A DNA stretch of 64,000 nt, taken from positions 18,848,001-18,912,000 of the forward strand of contig NC_043022.1 of the NCBI RefSeq assembly GCF_006345805.1. The letters run 5' to 3'. This DNA is from Octopus sinensis (taxonomy: Eukaryota). The notes beneath the pieces are model-generated. The model saw nothing but the letters and a program-made list of their open reading frames with translations. It ran no database searches and was not told the origin of the DNA. The position numbers and the translations under genes are program-made. The first letter of the stretch is position 1; each line of letters begins with the position of its first letter. Positions 1-11,635 of the stretch are shown here, one piece after another.

Positions 1-639
1 AGATCTGGCTGCTATTTCTAGGATTCAGATTGGGTTGGCTGTCACTAATTTCTTTCAAAGTTCTTCTGATATGCACTTATATATAACTGAAGGCTCGTAG
101 CCTAATGGTTAGGGTGTTGCACACTTGTTCACGAGATCATGATTTCAATTCCCAGACTGGGTGGTGTGTTGTGTTCTTGAGCAAAACATTTCATTTTCAT
201 CTCACTTTTTTTTTTTTTTTTTAAATTCTTAATTGCCTACAAAAGGCTAAACATAGAGGGAACAGACAAAGGGACTAAGTTGATTACATCAACCCCAGTG
301 CATAACTGGCACTTAATTACTCCAAAAGGATGAAGGGCAAAGTCGACCGTGGCGGAATTTGAACTCAGAGCGTAGCAGCAGACAAAATGCTGCTAAGCAT
401 TTCACCTGGCGTGCTAACGATTCTTCTAGCTCACTGCCTTCATCTCACATTGCTCTGCGATCACTTTGACACCTGACTCGTGGCACACCTTGCACCTTTT
501 CAGACAACGTTGATTTGTTGGAGGGGATGAACTAATGTGCGGCACGAGCATTTGATCACTACAAACAAACCATTTCCACAGGTCATTCGGCAAAAGCTGA
601 ATGCTCATTGGTTGTCTTTGACGGGGCAGTCCATCATTA

Positions 640-1315
640 TTACTCTTTTACTTGTTTCAGTCATTTGACTGCAACCATGCTGGAGCACCGCCTTTAATTG
701 AGCAACTCAACCCTGGTACTTATTCTTTGTAAGCCCGGTACTTATTCTATCGGTCTCTTTTGCCGAACCGCTAAGTGACGGGGACATAAACACACCAGCA
801 TCGGTTGTCAAGCAATGCTAGGGGGACAAACACAGACACACAAACATACACGCACACATATATATATATATATGTGGCCGTTGCCAGCGCCGCCCCGACT
901 GGCCTTGTGCCAGTGGCACGTAAAAAGCACCATCCGATCGTGGCCGTTTGCCAGCCTCGTCTGGCTCATAAAAAGCACCCACAACACTCACGGAGTGGTT
1001 GGCGTTAGGAAGGGCATTCAGCCGTAGAAACATAGCCAGATGAGACTGGGCCTGGTGCAGCCTTCTGGTTTCCCAGACCCCAGTTGAACCGTCCAACCCA
1101 TGCTATCATGGAAGGTGGACGCTAAACGATGATGATGATGATACATACATATATACGATGGGTTTATTTCAGTTTCCGTCTACCAAATCCACTCACAAGG
1201 CTTTGGTCGGCCCGAGGCTACAGTAGAAGACACTTGCCCAAGGTGCCACGCAGTGGGACTGAACCCGGAACCATGTGGTTGGTAAACAAGCTACTTACCA
1301 CACAGCCACTCCTAC
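640..1315 (-). mobile_element. tRNA-derived SINE (here 'family A') with a nested 'family C' repeat at ~876-1140
   Basis: head aggagtggctgtgtggtaagtagcttg with B-box-like ggttcagtccc; internal (TA)/(CA) tract interrupted by an opposite-strand family C copy; gtaaaagagta tail. Confidence 0.8.
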
Positions 1316-1616
1316 ATATATATAAAGGGCTTCTTTCAGTTTCCGTCTACCAAATCCACTCACAAGGCTTTGGTCGGCCTGAGGCAACAGTAGAAGACAC
1401 TTGCCCAAGGTGCCACGCAGTGGGACTGAACCCGGAACTATGTGGTTGGTATGCAAGCTACTTACCATACAGCCACTCCTGTGCCTATGTGTGTGTGATA
1501 TCTATGTGAAACATATCTTTTCTGTTTGTTTAATTGTTGATGTGTGTGGTGGGCTTTCTAATGTATGTTCTTTTCTCTACACTTCTGTAACATGGGTTTC
1601 CCATCCTCTTTGTTAG

Positions 1617-1748
1617 GTCGCAATGAAAAGGGCCAGTTGGGCCACGGAGATGATATCCGCAAAGATAGCCCCACCGTGGTTGAAAGTTTAGCCAACGATG
1701 TGATCATCGATGCTGCTTGTGGTAAGAACCACACCCTTTTCCTAACAG
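1617..1748 (+). CDS. RCC2: RCC2 (TD-60) internal coding exon, first in window
   Basis: ttag|...|gtgag; encodes GRNEKGQLGHGDDIRKDSPTVVESLANDVIIDAACGKNHTLFLT, an RCC1 repeat matching RCC2 as I recall it; 132 nt, phase 1-1. Confidence 0.95.
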
Positions 1749-2665
1749 GTGAGTTGTTCATTAACCTTTTACTCTCTTTTACTTGTTTCAGTCATTTGAC
1801 TGCGGCCATGCTGGAGCGCCGGCTTTAGTCGAGCAAATCGACCCCAGTACTTATTCTGTTAGTCTCTTTTGCCGAACCACTAAGTTACAGGGGTGTAAGC
1901 ACACCACCATCGGTTGTCAAGCGATGTTGTGGGGACAGACACACACACACACATACATATATACAACAGGCTTCTTTCAGTTCTACCAAATCCACTCACA
2001 AGGCTTTGGTTGGCCTGAGGCTAAAGCAGAAGACACTTGCCCAAGGTGCCACGCAGTGGGAATGAACCCAGAACCATGTGGTTGGTAAGCAAGCTACTTA
2101 CCACACAGCCACTCCTGCACCTATCTGATTGTTTATTTTTAAAATGACACTGTAAAGTAGGTGTGAGGGGTCACATCTGGCTGGTTTAAACCATTAGCAT
2201 TCAGATTATTTTGTCAAATGCCATCTTTATTTATTCACATTGTTTTCAATAATCATGCCAAAACTGACCTCACCTGGTGTCAGGTAAAAAAAAAAATACT
2301 CAGTCCACTCTGCAGAGTGGGTGATGTTAGGAAGGACATCAGCTGTAAAAACCCTGCCAAAACAGACACAACAGCCTGGAGTAGTCTTCTACATTGCCGG
2401 TTCCTGTTAACTCTTCCGACCCATGCATCCATGGGAGACAGACGTTAAATGATGATGATGATTGTTTATGTTTTTTTAGAATGACATTCTAGGGTAGGTG
2501 TGATGGATGGGAACTAGCTGATTTCAGAGTAAAGCAGGGCCCAGAAAGGGCCAGTTTAAATGCTAAATGGCTATGGAGATACAACAGCCTTTACAGGACA
2601 GGGACCATTTTTTTCTATTTTAACAATTGTTCCCATGTTCTTGCTGAAATACATTGCATTTGTTT

Positions 2666-3175
2666 CATCATCATCATCATCGTTTAGCGTCCGTTTTCCA
2701 TGCTAGCATGGGTTAGACGGTTCTGCTGGGGTCTGTGAAGCCCGAAGGCTTCATCAGGCCCAGTCAAATCTGGCAGTGTTTCTACGGCTGGATGCCCTTC
2801 CTAACGCCAACCACTCCGTGAGTGTAGTGGGTGCATTTTACGTGCCACCCGCACAGGTGCCAGACAGAGCTGGCAAACGGCCACGAACGGATGGTGCTTT
2901 TTATGTGCCACCTGCACGAGGGCCAGGCGAGGCTGGCAACGGACACGAACGGATGGTGCTTTTTATGTGCCACCTGCACGAGGGCCAGGCGAGGCTGGCA
3001 ACGGACACGAACGGATGGTGCTTTTTATGTGCCACCTGCACGAGGGCCAGGCGAGGCTGGCAACGGACACGAACGGATGGTGCTTTTTACGTGCCACCGG
3101 CACGAGGCCAGTCGGGGCGGCGCTGGCAACGGTCGCGAAACGGAAGGTTCTCTTACATGCCACCGGCACTGGTAA
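2666..3175 (-). mobile_element. SINE-like 'family C' with (GAT)n tail and internal ~59-bp tandem repeats
   Basis: catcatcatcgtttagcgtccg...ggatgcccttcctaacgccaacc recurs many times in the window; repeated cgaacggatggtgcttttta units. Confidence 0.75.
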
Positions 3176-3307
3176 CACATCTGCAATTTCCATTGATCGA
3201 TTTCGATTCTGATCCTTCAATTAATTATATAAAATAATGTTCCCCTCCCTTTTGCCAGTGTGTTTTTTAATTTTTCATGGTTGTTATTTTTCTTTCTTTT
3301 TTTCTAG

Positions 3308-3396
3308 AGAGAGGTAAGGTTTATGGTTGCGGAGACAATAAGATGAGCCAACTTGGTATTGGTCACCAGAGTCCTTGTGTACCAACCCCTGTCAGA
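3308..3396 (+). CDS. RCC2: RCC2 coding exon
   Basis: ctag|...|gtgag; ERGKVYGCGDNKMSQLGIGHQSPCVPTPVR; 89 nt, phase 1-0. Confidence 0.93.
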
Positions 3397-3503
3397 GTGA
3401 GTATTCATTGGATTTATATGGTCTTGTTGAATATCTGTAGCCTCATTTATCACTGTGAATTCACATGGTTTAGTGGTTGACAGTCGTATAGCTGTGAGCT
3501 CCA

Positions 3504-3663
3504 TTACTTGTTTGCTTTTGACGGCGTTCACCCAGGGCAGGTTGAGCCAGCTTCTCTGGTCCTAACGGCATCACGAACCATGGCAGCCCACGCTTGACGG
3601 TCCTGTGCGAGGTCACTGGAGATAGCGAGCCATTTGCAGTTCCGTCTGCACATACCGACCGCC
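3504..3663 (-). mobile_element. 5'-truncated RTE-clade LINE (ORF2 C-terminus and tail)
   Basis: minus strand reads KWLAISSDLAQDRQAWAAMVRDAVRTREAGSTCPG* (LAQDRxxW motif of RTE ORF2 ends), then a short UTR ending caagtaa. Confidence 0.8.
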
Positions 3664-3809
3664 TAAGGTTTATGTTTGCGGAGACAATAAGATGAGCCAA
3701 CTTGGTATTGGTCACCAGCGTCCTTGTGTACCAACCCCTGTCAGAGTGAGTCTTCATTGGATTCATATGGTCTTGTTGAATACCTGTAGCCTCATTTATC
3801 ACTGTCAAT
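3664..3809 (+). pseudogene. 5'-truncated duplicate of RCC2 exon 3308-3396 plus its donor and adjacent intron
   Basis: 146-bp direct repeat of 3315-3460 with 6 mismatches by eye; keeps the gtgag donor at 3746 but lacks the native acceptor. Confidence 0.9.
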
Positions 3810-4945
3810 GATCGAGACAAGTGTATTCTCTGCTAGAGTAGGTAGACAATCAAGAAAATGTGTGAAGATGGAAACTTTGCCGTTGCGGGCCATGACTTTG
3901 ATATCATTGGATCTACCATACCATTTACAAAGTGCATAGAAATGATTAATTTATTGTTTAGGGAGGAATGAAACCCCTGGGATAAATGAGAAGAGATGTA
4001 TTTTGTTCAGTTTTAGGGTCTCCCTACCGCTGTGAGAAATAACAGCTAGATCTCCCTCAGATCCCACCCTACCATTTTTAACTCTTTTGTTGCCATATTT
4101 CTGTTGAGATATGTTGCCTTTGGTTCAGTTAGTTTTTGAATTTAGCAGTTCCGCTGTCAATAAGGGTGGGTGTATCTGCTTGTTGATGTTCAATGTCGGT
4201 TCAGTTAAACTTTAACCGTTTAGCATTTTGTTTATTCTGTCGCTCGCGGAGTGGTTGGCGTTAGGAAGGGCATCCAGCCGTAGAAACACTGCCAGATCTG
4301 ACTGGGCCTGACGAAGCCTTCCAGCTTCACAGACCCCAGTTGACCCGTCCAACCCATGCTAGCATGGATAGCGGACGCTAAATGATGATGATGATAATGC
4401 TTATTTATTCACAATGTTTTGAATTAATCATGCATTATTTTGAAGCTTTGAGATTTTATTGACGAGATTGTTTATTTTTCGAGTGACATTGTAGGGTAAG
4501 TGTGAAGAACCAGATCTGGTTGGTTTGAACATAAGATAGGTAGAATATTTAGGTTGGATGTGGCCAGTTTAAACACTGTAGGGCTAAGCTGTAGAGATCT
4601 CAGTAGTTCTGGCGAGCTGGCAGAGACGTTAGCATGCCGGGCGAAATGTGTAGCCGTATTTTGTCTGCTGTTACGTTCTGAGTTCAAATTCCGCTGTGGT
4701 TGACTTTGCCTTTCATCCTTTCGGGGTCGATAAATTAAGTACCAGTTAAGCACTGGGGTCGATGTAATCGACTTAACCCCTTTGTCTGTCCTTGTTTGTC
4801 CTCTCTATGTTTAGCCCCTTGTGGGCAATAAAGAAATAAGTAGTTCCAACAAGCTTATGATGGCCACAGGCACTGCCCCTTTCTTCCATAATTTACAAAA
4901 TCAAAGCTCAGCTAACCCATCTTTTCTTTATTTTCCTCGATACAG

Positions 4946-5060
4946 ATCCATTACAAAGGTCCACCAGTGCGGAAAGTGGCCTGTGGCGCAGAGTTCAGTA
5001 TGATAGTTGACATACGCGGTAACCTGTACTCCTTTGGATGTCCAGAACATGGTCAGCTAG
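4946..5060 (+). CDS. RCC2: RCC2 coding exon
   Basis: acag|...|gtaag; IHYKGPPVRKVACGAEFSMIVDIRGNLYSFGCPEHGQL; 115 nt, phase 0-1. Confidence 0.96.
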
Positions 5061-5337
5061 GTAAGTTTTGTGTCTCGGCAGAGCAAACATAGCAAAGGAA
5101 ATGGGACAATGCCAGATTAAATACTCTACAGGTTCTTTTTAGGTTCTGGGCTAGGGTTTTGACTTGTGTAGCTTGGATTATGTGGGGGCGTGGCCAGAGT
5201 GTGTTGCTGGGTGCATAAACAGTGGCCAGTGTTGTTTGTTTCAAGTTTTCCATATTAACATGTCTGGACTGTTTGTTCAACAGACCACCAGAATTAGTAA
5301 TATAAAGGGCATCCAGCTGTAGGAAACTCAGACCCAA

Positions 5338-5642
5338 GGGCGGTGAGCTGGCAGAAACGTTCGTACGCCAGGCAAAGTGCTTAGCGTTATTTCGTCTGCT
5401 GCTATGTTCTGAGTTCAAATTCCGCCGAGGTCGACTTTGCCTTTCATCCTTTCAGGGTTGATTAAATAAGTACCAGTTACGCACTGGGCTTGATATAATC
5501 GACTTAATCCGTTTGTCTGTCCTTGTTTGTCCCCTCTGTATTTAGCTCCTTGTGGGTAGTAAAGAAATAGGTATTTCGTCTGCCGTTACGCCCTGAGTTC
5601 AAATTCCGCCGAAGTCGACTTTACCTTTCATCCTTTCGGGGT
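5338..5642 (+). mobile_element. tRNA-derived SINE ('family B'), one full unit plus a partial second unit
   Basis: ggcggtgagctggcagaaacg head, gagttcaaattc B-box, central gcctttcatcctttcggggtcgataaattaagtaccag domain (resembles the Meta/MESC SINE domain, from memory). Confidence 0.8.
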
Positions 5643-5879
5643 TTTGAGGCTATGGATCGGGAGGGGCACTGTTGACTGGATGCATTGTCAAGTTTGATCA
5701 ACCCTGGTTGGGTCACCTGAGTGAGGGTGTCCGATGTTGAAAGATCTAAAACATGTAATACACCTAGAAAACAACGTTGATGTGTCCAGGTGCGTCACTG
5801 GATGACGTATGGAAAAACCATAGATATACATACATATACACATAAATAATGTTCTCTCTCCATCTGTTTCTTTCAACAG

Positions 5880-6046
5880 GTAACAACTCTGATGGGAAAT
5901 ACTTTGTAACCAGCAATAAACTGTCGTTCAAGTGTGAACTGGTGCCAAAGAAACTTCATGTGTTTATTGAGAAGACCAGAGATGGCCATATCATTCCTGT
6001 CACTGATGTGGAGATTAGAGATGTTTCCTGTGGATTGAATCACACG
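5880..6046 (+). CDS. RCC2: RCC2 coding exon
   Basis: acag|...|gtaag; GNNSDGKYFVTSNKLSFKCELVPKKLHVFIEKTRDGHIIPVTDVEIRDVSCGLNHT (RCC2-characteristic FIEKTxDG segment); 167 nt, phase 1-0. Confidence 0.96.
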
Positions 6047-6059
6047 GTAAGGGTCATTG

Positions 6060-6097
<38 letters not shown>

Positions 6098-7447
6098 CGC
6101 ACACACACGTGTGTAATCTAGCTGTGGATTAAATCATATTTATGTGTGTGTGTGTGTGAATCTGGTACGAGCATGTCCAAGGTGAGTGTCTTCCATTATA
6201 GCCGTGGGTTGACCAAAGCCTTGTGAGTGGATTTGGTTGGAAGAATCCCATTGTGTGTGTCTGTGTGTCTTTGTATTCATTCCCAACCGGTGTTTTGTGT
6301 TTTCGTCTCCATAACTTAGAACTTAGACCAATAGAATGAGTGTCGGGCTTCAAAAATAATTACCGGGGGTCGGTTCATTCAACTAAAATTCTTCAGGGCA
6401 GTGCCCCAGCATGGCCACAGTCTAATGACTGGAACAACATGGACGAAAAGATGCTTATCTCTCTCTTTCTCTCTTTTACTTGTTTCAGTCATTTGACTGC
6501 GGCCATGCTGCAGCACCGCCTTTAGTCGAGCAAATCGACCCTGGGACTTATTCTTTTGTAAGCCCAGTACTTATTCTATCGGTCTCTTTTGCCGAACCGC
6601 AAAGTGACGGGGACGTAAACACACCAGCATCGGTTGTCAAGCAATGCTAGAGGGACAAACACAGACACACGGACATATACACACACATACATACATACAT
6701 ATATATATATATACATATATACAACAGGCTTCTTTCAATTTCCATCTACCGAATCCACTTACAAGGCTTTGGTCAGCCCGGGTGTATAGTAGAAGACACT
6801 TGCCCAAGATGCCACCACACAGTGGGACTGAACCCGGAACCATGTGGTTGGTTAGCAAGCTACTTACCACACAGCCACCCCTGCTCCTATGTGAATGTGC
6901 CATATATATGTAGCAGAGACATGTTACACTCATGATGCGGGTTGGTTGTTAATTGAACCCTTTTAGTTCATCGTCTGAAGGCATCGACAGTGTTCTGCTT
7001 TCGAGGGTCGTTTTTTGGCTTATTGATGTAAAATGACTGCAGCAAATAGGGTTATTTGCATGCAGGACAGGCATTGGATTCAGGTGTCTCTTAACCCGTT
7101 GATTTTATTGAGGGAGGTAATTCCGTATGGCAAAGTTGCACGGGAGATAACTCCGTGAAATCTAGATCGCGAGCCAATTGGGACGTGGGGATTAAGAAGC
7201 TCGCTTTGCAGTTTCGTTCCAATGCGTAAAACCATGGGCCTAGTGTCTTCTACTATATCCCCAGGCTGGCTAATTCCTTGTACGTTGTTTTGAGAGCCTC
7301 ACCTGTGCACATTTGTGCCTTCGTGTTTGTCCCCTCTTCCTTGGTAACGGGTGTTGGTTTGAGTCTCTGTAATTTAGCAGCTTGAAACTATTATTTTTAT
7401 TATCATTATTATTATTAAAATTATCATTATTATTATTATCATTATTA

Positions 7448-7478
<31 letters not shown>

Positions 7479-7585
7479 CATTTTTTTTATTATTATTATC
7501 ATTATTATTTTTGTTATTATTATTATCATTATTATTTTTTTATTATTATCATTATTATTCTTAATATTTATCGTATTTTCTGCAG

Positions 7586-7766
7586 GTAGCACTCGATTCC
7601 AAAAAACGGGTGTTCACTTGGGGTTTCGGTGGCTATGGACGATTAGGGCACTCGGAACCAAAGGACGAGTTTGTGCCACGGCACCTGAAATTCTTTGATG
7701 GACCAAACCGAGGTGCAGGCCAGATATTTTGCGGCTCAACATTTTGTCTTGCTGTCAATGAATTAG
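7586..7766 (+). CDS. RCC2: RCC2 coding exon
   Basis: gcag|...|gtgag; VALDSKKRVFTWGFGGYGRLGHSEPKDEFVPRHLKFFDGPNRGAGQIFCGSTFCLAVNEL; 181 nt, phase 0-1. Confidence 0.96.
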
Positions 7767-8774
7767 GTGAGTAATTTACCATTTTTCCAGTCACACTACT
7801 TTGCTATACATTTGTTTCTCTAGGTGCAGCCATGGCTGTGTGGTTAAGAAACACACTTTGCAACTGTATGGTTCTGGGTTCAGTCCCACTCTGCAGCACC
7901 TTGGGGAAGTGTCTTCTATAACCCTGGACTTCCAATATCTGTGTGCTTGTCTTTGTGTTTGTCCCTCCCACTAGGCAACTGGTACTTCCATAACATAGTG
8001 GTTCAACTAAAATCCTTCAAGGCAGTGCCCCAGCATGGTCGCGGTCCAATGATTCAACCCTTTAGCATTTAAAGTGGTCATATCCAGCCAAATTATTCCA
8101 TGTTTTATGCTCAAACTGGCCAGATCTGGCTTCTCACACCTATCTTGCAATTTTCACCTGAAGAAGGCTGGAGGGGTATATCAGCTGAAACGTTAACAAC
8201 AAACAAGATGAGGACAAATATCCGTCGGATGTAAATAATGTTCCAATGTTCTGTTGCCCTAATGTACTCAGGGGGCATTGGTTAACTTGAGGCTTTAGTA
8301 AAAGACAATCTTATTTCTTTATTGCCCACAAGGGGCTAAACATAGAGAGGACAAACAAGGACAGACAAAGGGATTAAGTCGATTAGATCGACCCCAGTGC
8401 ATAACTGGTACTTAATTTATCGACCCCGAAAGGATGAAAGGCAAAGTCGACCTCGGCGGAATTTGAACTCAGACCGTAGCGGCAGACAAAATACGGCTAC
8501 GCATTTCGCCCGGTGTGCTAACGTCTCTGCCAGCTCGCCGCCATAAAAGACAATCTTGCTAACTGCCATGCTGTGGGATTGAACCTAAAACTATGTAGTT
8601 GCAAAGTGAGCTTCTAAACCACATGACCCTTCTGGGGCCCAGAGTCTTGTTATATTTATTGTTTCTGAAACTGAATGCTCTTCTCTTTTGCCCCTTCTAT
8701 CACTAAATCAGTCAATATTTAGCTTGTCCTATTACATTCTGCACCCTTTTTTTTTCTTTCTCACTTGTTTGCAG

Positions 8775-8880
8775 GTAGCCTGTATTTCTGGGGTCAGACA
8801 AAATCAACAGGTGAGGCCTCCATGTACCCGAAACTGGTTCAGGACTTATCAGGATGGAGAGTGAGAAGTGTTGGCTGCTG
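8775..8880 (+). CDS. RCC2: RCC2 coding exon
   Basis: gcag|...|gtcag; GSLYFWGQTKSTGEASMYPKLVQDLSGWRVRSVGC; 106 nt, phase 1-2. Confidence 0.95.
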
Positions 8881-9267
8881 GTCAGTTTTCTTTTTTTTTT
8901 TTTCTTTTATGTTTGTGTATGTAATAGATTAGGGCCTGTGGTGGTTTTATTGTCTAGAGCAGGGGTTCTTACTTAACCAACCATTTTTTTTATCTATGAA
9001 CCCCCTTCGATTACTACTTCATTCTGGTGGACCCCTTTAGCCATTTGATGTTTAAAAACCAGTTTTATAGAAACTTCTTTCAAAACCCCTATTTTGTTTG
9101 TCACCCATTAATTTGTGTAGGTTGAACTCTGTAAAATGTTAAAGAAAGAAACCTAGCTGTTTCTTACAATGCATACCAATACATACATCTAAAGTAGGGG
9201 TTCTCAACTGTTTCTTTATCTATGGGTCCCTTATTCTGGTGGACCTCTATTGCCATTTGATGTTTAA

Positions 9268-9486
9268 CCCTTTAGTATTTAAACCGGCCATATCCGGCCA
9301 AAATATTTAATCTGTTTTATGTTCAAACTGACCAGATCCTGGCTCTCACACCTACCCTACAATGTTATTCTACATTAAGTAATTACACCATCAAGATCTT
9401 GAAGATATGAGATGATGCAGGATTAATTCAAATCAATGGGAATCAATAGGTATTATGTCTGATTGAATAATCTGAACACTAAAGGG
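9268..9486. mobile_element. TTAA-targeting (piggyBac-like) MITE
   Basis: TTAA|CCCTTTAG ... CTAAAGGG|TTAA; removing it restores gatgtttaaaaaccagtttt as seen at ~9048. Confidence 0.85.
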
Positions 9487-9546
9487 TTAAAAACCAGTTT
9501 TATTAAAACTTCTTTCAAAATTCCTATTTTGCTTTCCACACATTAA

Positions 9547-9768
9547 CCCTTTTGATACTGTATTTATTTTGAGATGCTCTGTGTTTCTTTCAATCAATTT
9601 TAAATATAGCAAAGAATTTAGTAAAATAACTTGGTTATCATTAAGCTAATGTTAGGAACATAAATTGTGACTAAGATTTGGTGAAAGATTTTAATTCAAA
9701 ACTTATGAAAACAAGACATTTGTACTACAGAGCCAGAGCCGGTTTCAGCCGGGTTGGTATCAAAAGGG
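9547..9768. mobile_element. second TTAA-targeting MITE
   Basis: TTAA|CCCTTTTGATAC ... GTATCAAAAGGG|TTAA; a related copy occurs at ~34063-34284. Confidence 0.85.
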
Positions 9769-9968
9769 TTAACTTGTGTTGGTTGAACAACGTAACTTAG
9801 AAGGATTTCTGCATTGCATTGTTAGGTCCTGCCCATCTGGGCCAGCCATTTGGTTGACCCATTCATTACCTGCTCTCCCTCCTCGTTACTACAGAACCAT
9901 GTTTTTTTTAATATACTGTGAATTGACTAATGCGTTTGTCTCTCTCTCTCTTTTCTTCCCGTTTCCAG

Positions 9969-10041
9969 CAACAAGAGTATTGTCGTTGCTGCTGATGAAA
10001 GTGTTGTAAGCTGGGGACCAAGTCCTACATATGGAGAACTG
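9969..10041 (+). CDS. RCC2: RCC2 coding exon
   Basis: ccag|...|gtacg; CNKSIVVAADESVVSWGPSPTYGEL; 73 nt, phase 2-0. Confidence 0.95.
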
Positions 10042-11181
10042 GTACGTGTTAAAATTACTAGTTGATTAGTTTAGTACTTTGACTAACTAACTCTTTTGTT
10101 ATCATATTTCGGTTGAAACCTAAATGGAGATGAAATTTTTATAAAAGGCTTTTATTTAAAACTCTTTAACAATTTAGCATTTAAACAGGCCGTATCTGGC
10201 CCAAATTATTAAAACTGATCAGATCCAACCTCTCACAGTTGCTCTACAATATCATTCTAAAAATATGCAAACATATCAATGAAATCTTGGGACTACAAGA
10301 TTAATCTATAATCAATTACTCTTTTACTCCTTTACTTGTTTCAATCATGTGATTGTAGTCATGCTGGAGCACCGCCTTTAGTCGAGCAAATCGACCCGAG
10401 GACTTATTCTTTGTAAGCCTTGTACTTATTTGAGCAAGTGTCTTCTACTATAGCCTCGTGAATGGATTTGGTAGATGGAAACTGAAAGAAGCCCATCGTA
10501 TATGTGTGTTTGTGTCCCCACCATCGCTTGACAACCGATGTTGGTGTGTTCACATCCCCGTAACTTAGCAGTTCAGCAAAAGAGACGATAGAATATGTAC
10601 ATGGCTTAGAAAGAATAAGTACTGGGCTCGATTTGTTCGACTAAAGGTGGTGCTCCAGCATGGCCACAGTCAAATGACTGAAACACATAAAAGGTTGAAG
10701 TTTTGTAAATTAATTTTTGTCATTATTAAGAAGCTGGTGTTTGGGACTCAAATCAACCTGAAATTTTGATTGAAGGTTTTAATTTAAAACATTTAAATCC
10801 GTTTCTTAACCACATTTTTGTTGAAAAACACTTCTCTTCAATTAATTTTTGAAATTATCGAAAAATTAAGCAAAATAATTTTAAGTAGGTGTGTAACAAA
10901 TAAAGAGGAAATTCTTATGAGAGACTCTAATTTAAATCATTTCAGCACTTTTTGTTGGCCTAGAATCATAAAAGATATTTTCCCAAGGTGCTGTGCAGTG
11001 GGATTGAACCTGAAATTATATGATTGCAAAACAAGCTTCTTAACCACGCAGCCATGCCCATGCCTCTGTTCCTCTCTCTTTTCCTCCTTCCTGTCTCTGT
11101 GTCTGTCTATCATTTCTCCTCCTCCTATTCTATCTTTCATTGCTCATCGGAGGTTTTATTTTTTCTTTTGAATATTTTCAG

Positions 11182-11355
11182 GGTTACGGAGAGAACAAGC
11201 CTCACTCCTCTACAGTGCCGCAGGAGGTCAAGACTCTGGACGGCATCTACATCCACGGCGTCGCCTGCGGCTACGGCCACTCACTCTACCTGGCGCGGGC
11301 AGACACCGAAGCCAACAGACAGAAACTGGAACGATTGCCAGTCTTCTCACCATAA
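11182..11355 (+). CDS. RCC2: RCC2 terminal coding exon
   Basis: tcag|GGT; GYGENKPHSSTVPQEVKTLDGIYIHGVACGYGHSLYLARADTEANRQKLERLPVFSP, then TAA. Confidence 0.95.
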   Translation, partial: GYGENKPHSSTVPQEVKTLDGIYIHGVACGYGHSLYLARADTEANRQKLERLPVFSP

Positions 11356-11635
11356 ATATCACCAAACCCCACTCGGGCCCACTTTCTCTTCTTGCTCCTC
11401 CCCCTCCACTTAACCCCTCCTCCTCCTCTCCAATTTTCATTATTCCCCTCCCACCCCTCCCCATGTCCTCACTCTATCTCCTCCTCTTCTATTTCCTCTT
11501 CACGCCATATAATTCCATTTTGCCTTCCATTTATCCAAAGTCAGTTATTTTCATCTGTTCCATTCATCTTATCCTTTTTTTTTCATTCATTTTATTACTA
11601 TTATTATTATTATTATTATTATTATTATCATACTT

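Noticed and set aside
805-2088. Recurrent ORFs such as RLPNPLTRLWSARGYSRRHLPKVPRSGTEPGTMWLV
   Set aside because: Antisense translations of family A and C SINEs repeated throughout the window.
3461-3663. GC-rich intronic island considered as an H/ACA snoRNA
   Set aside because: No ANANNA hinge box found; the minus strand translates to an RTE ORF2 C-terminus.
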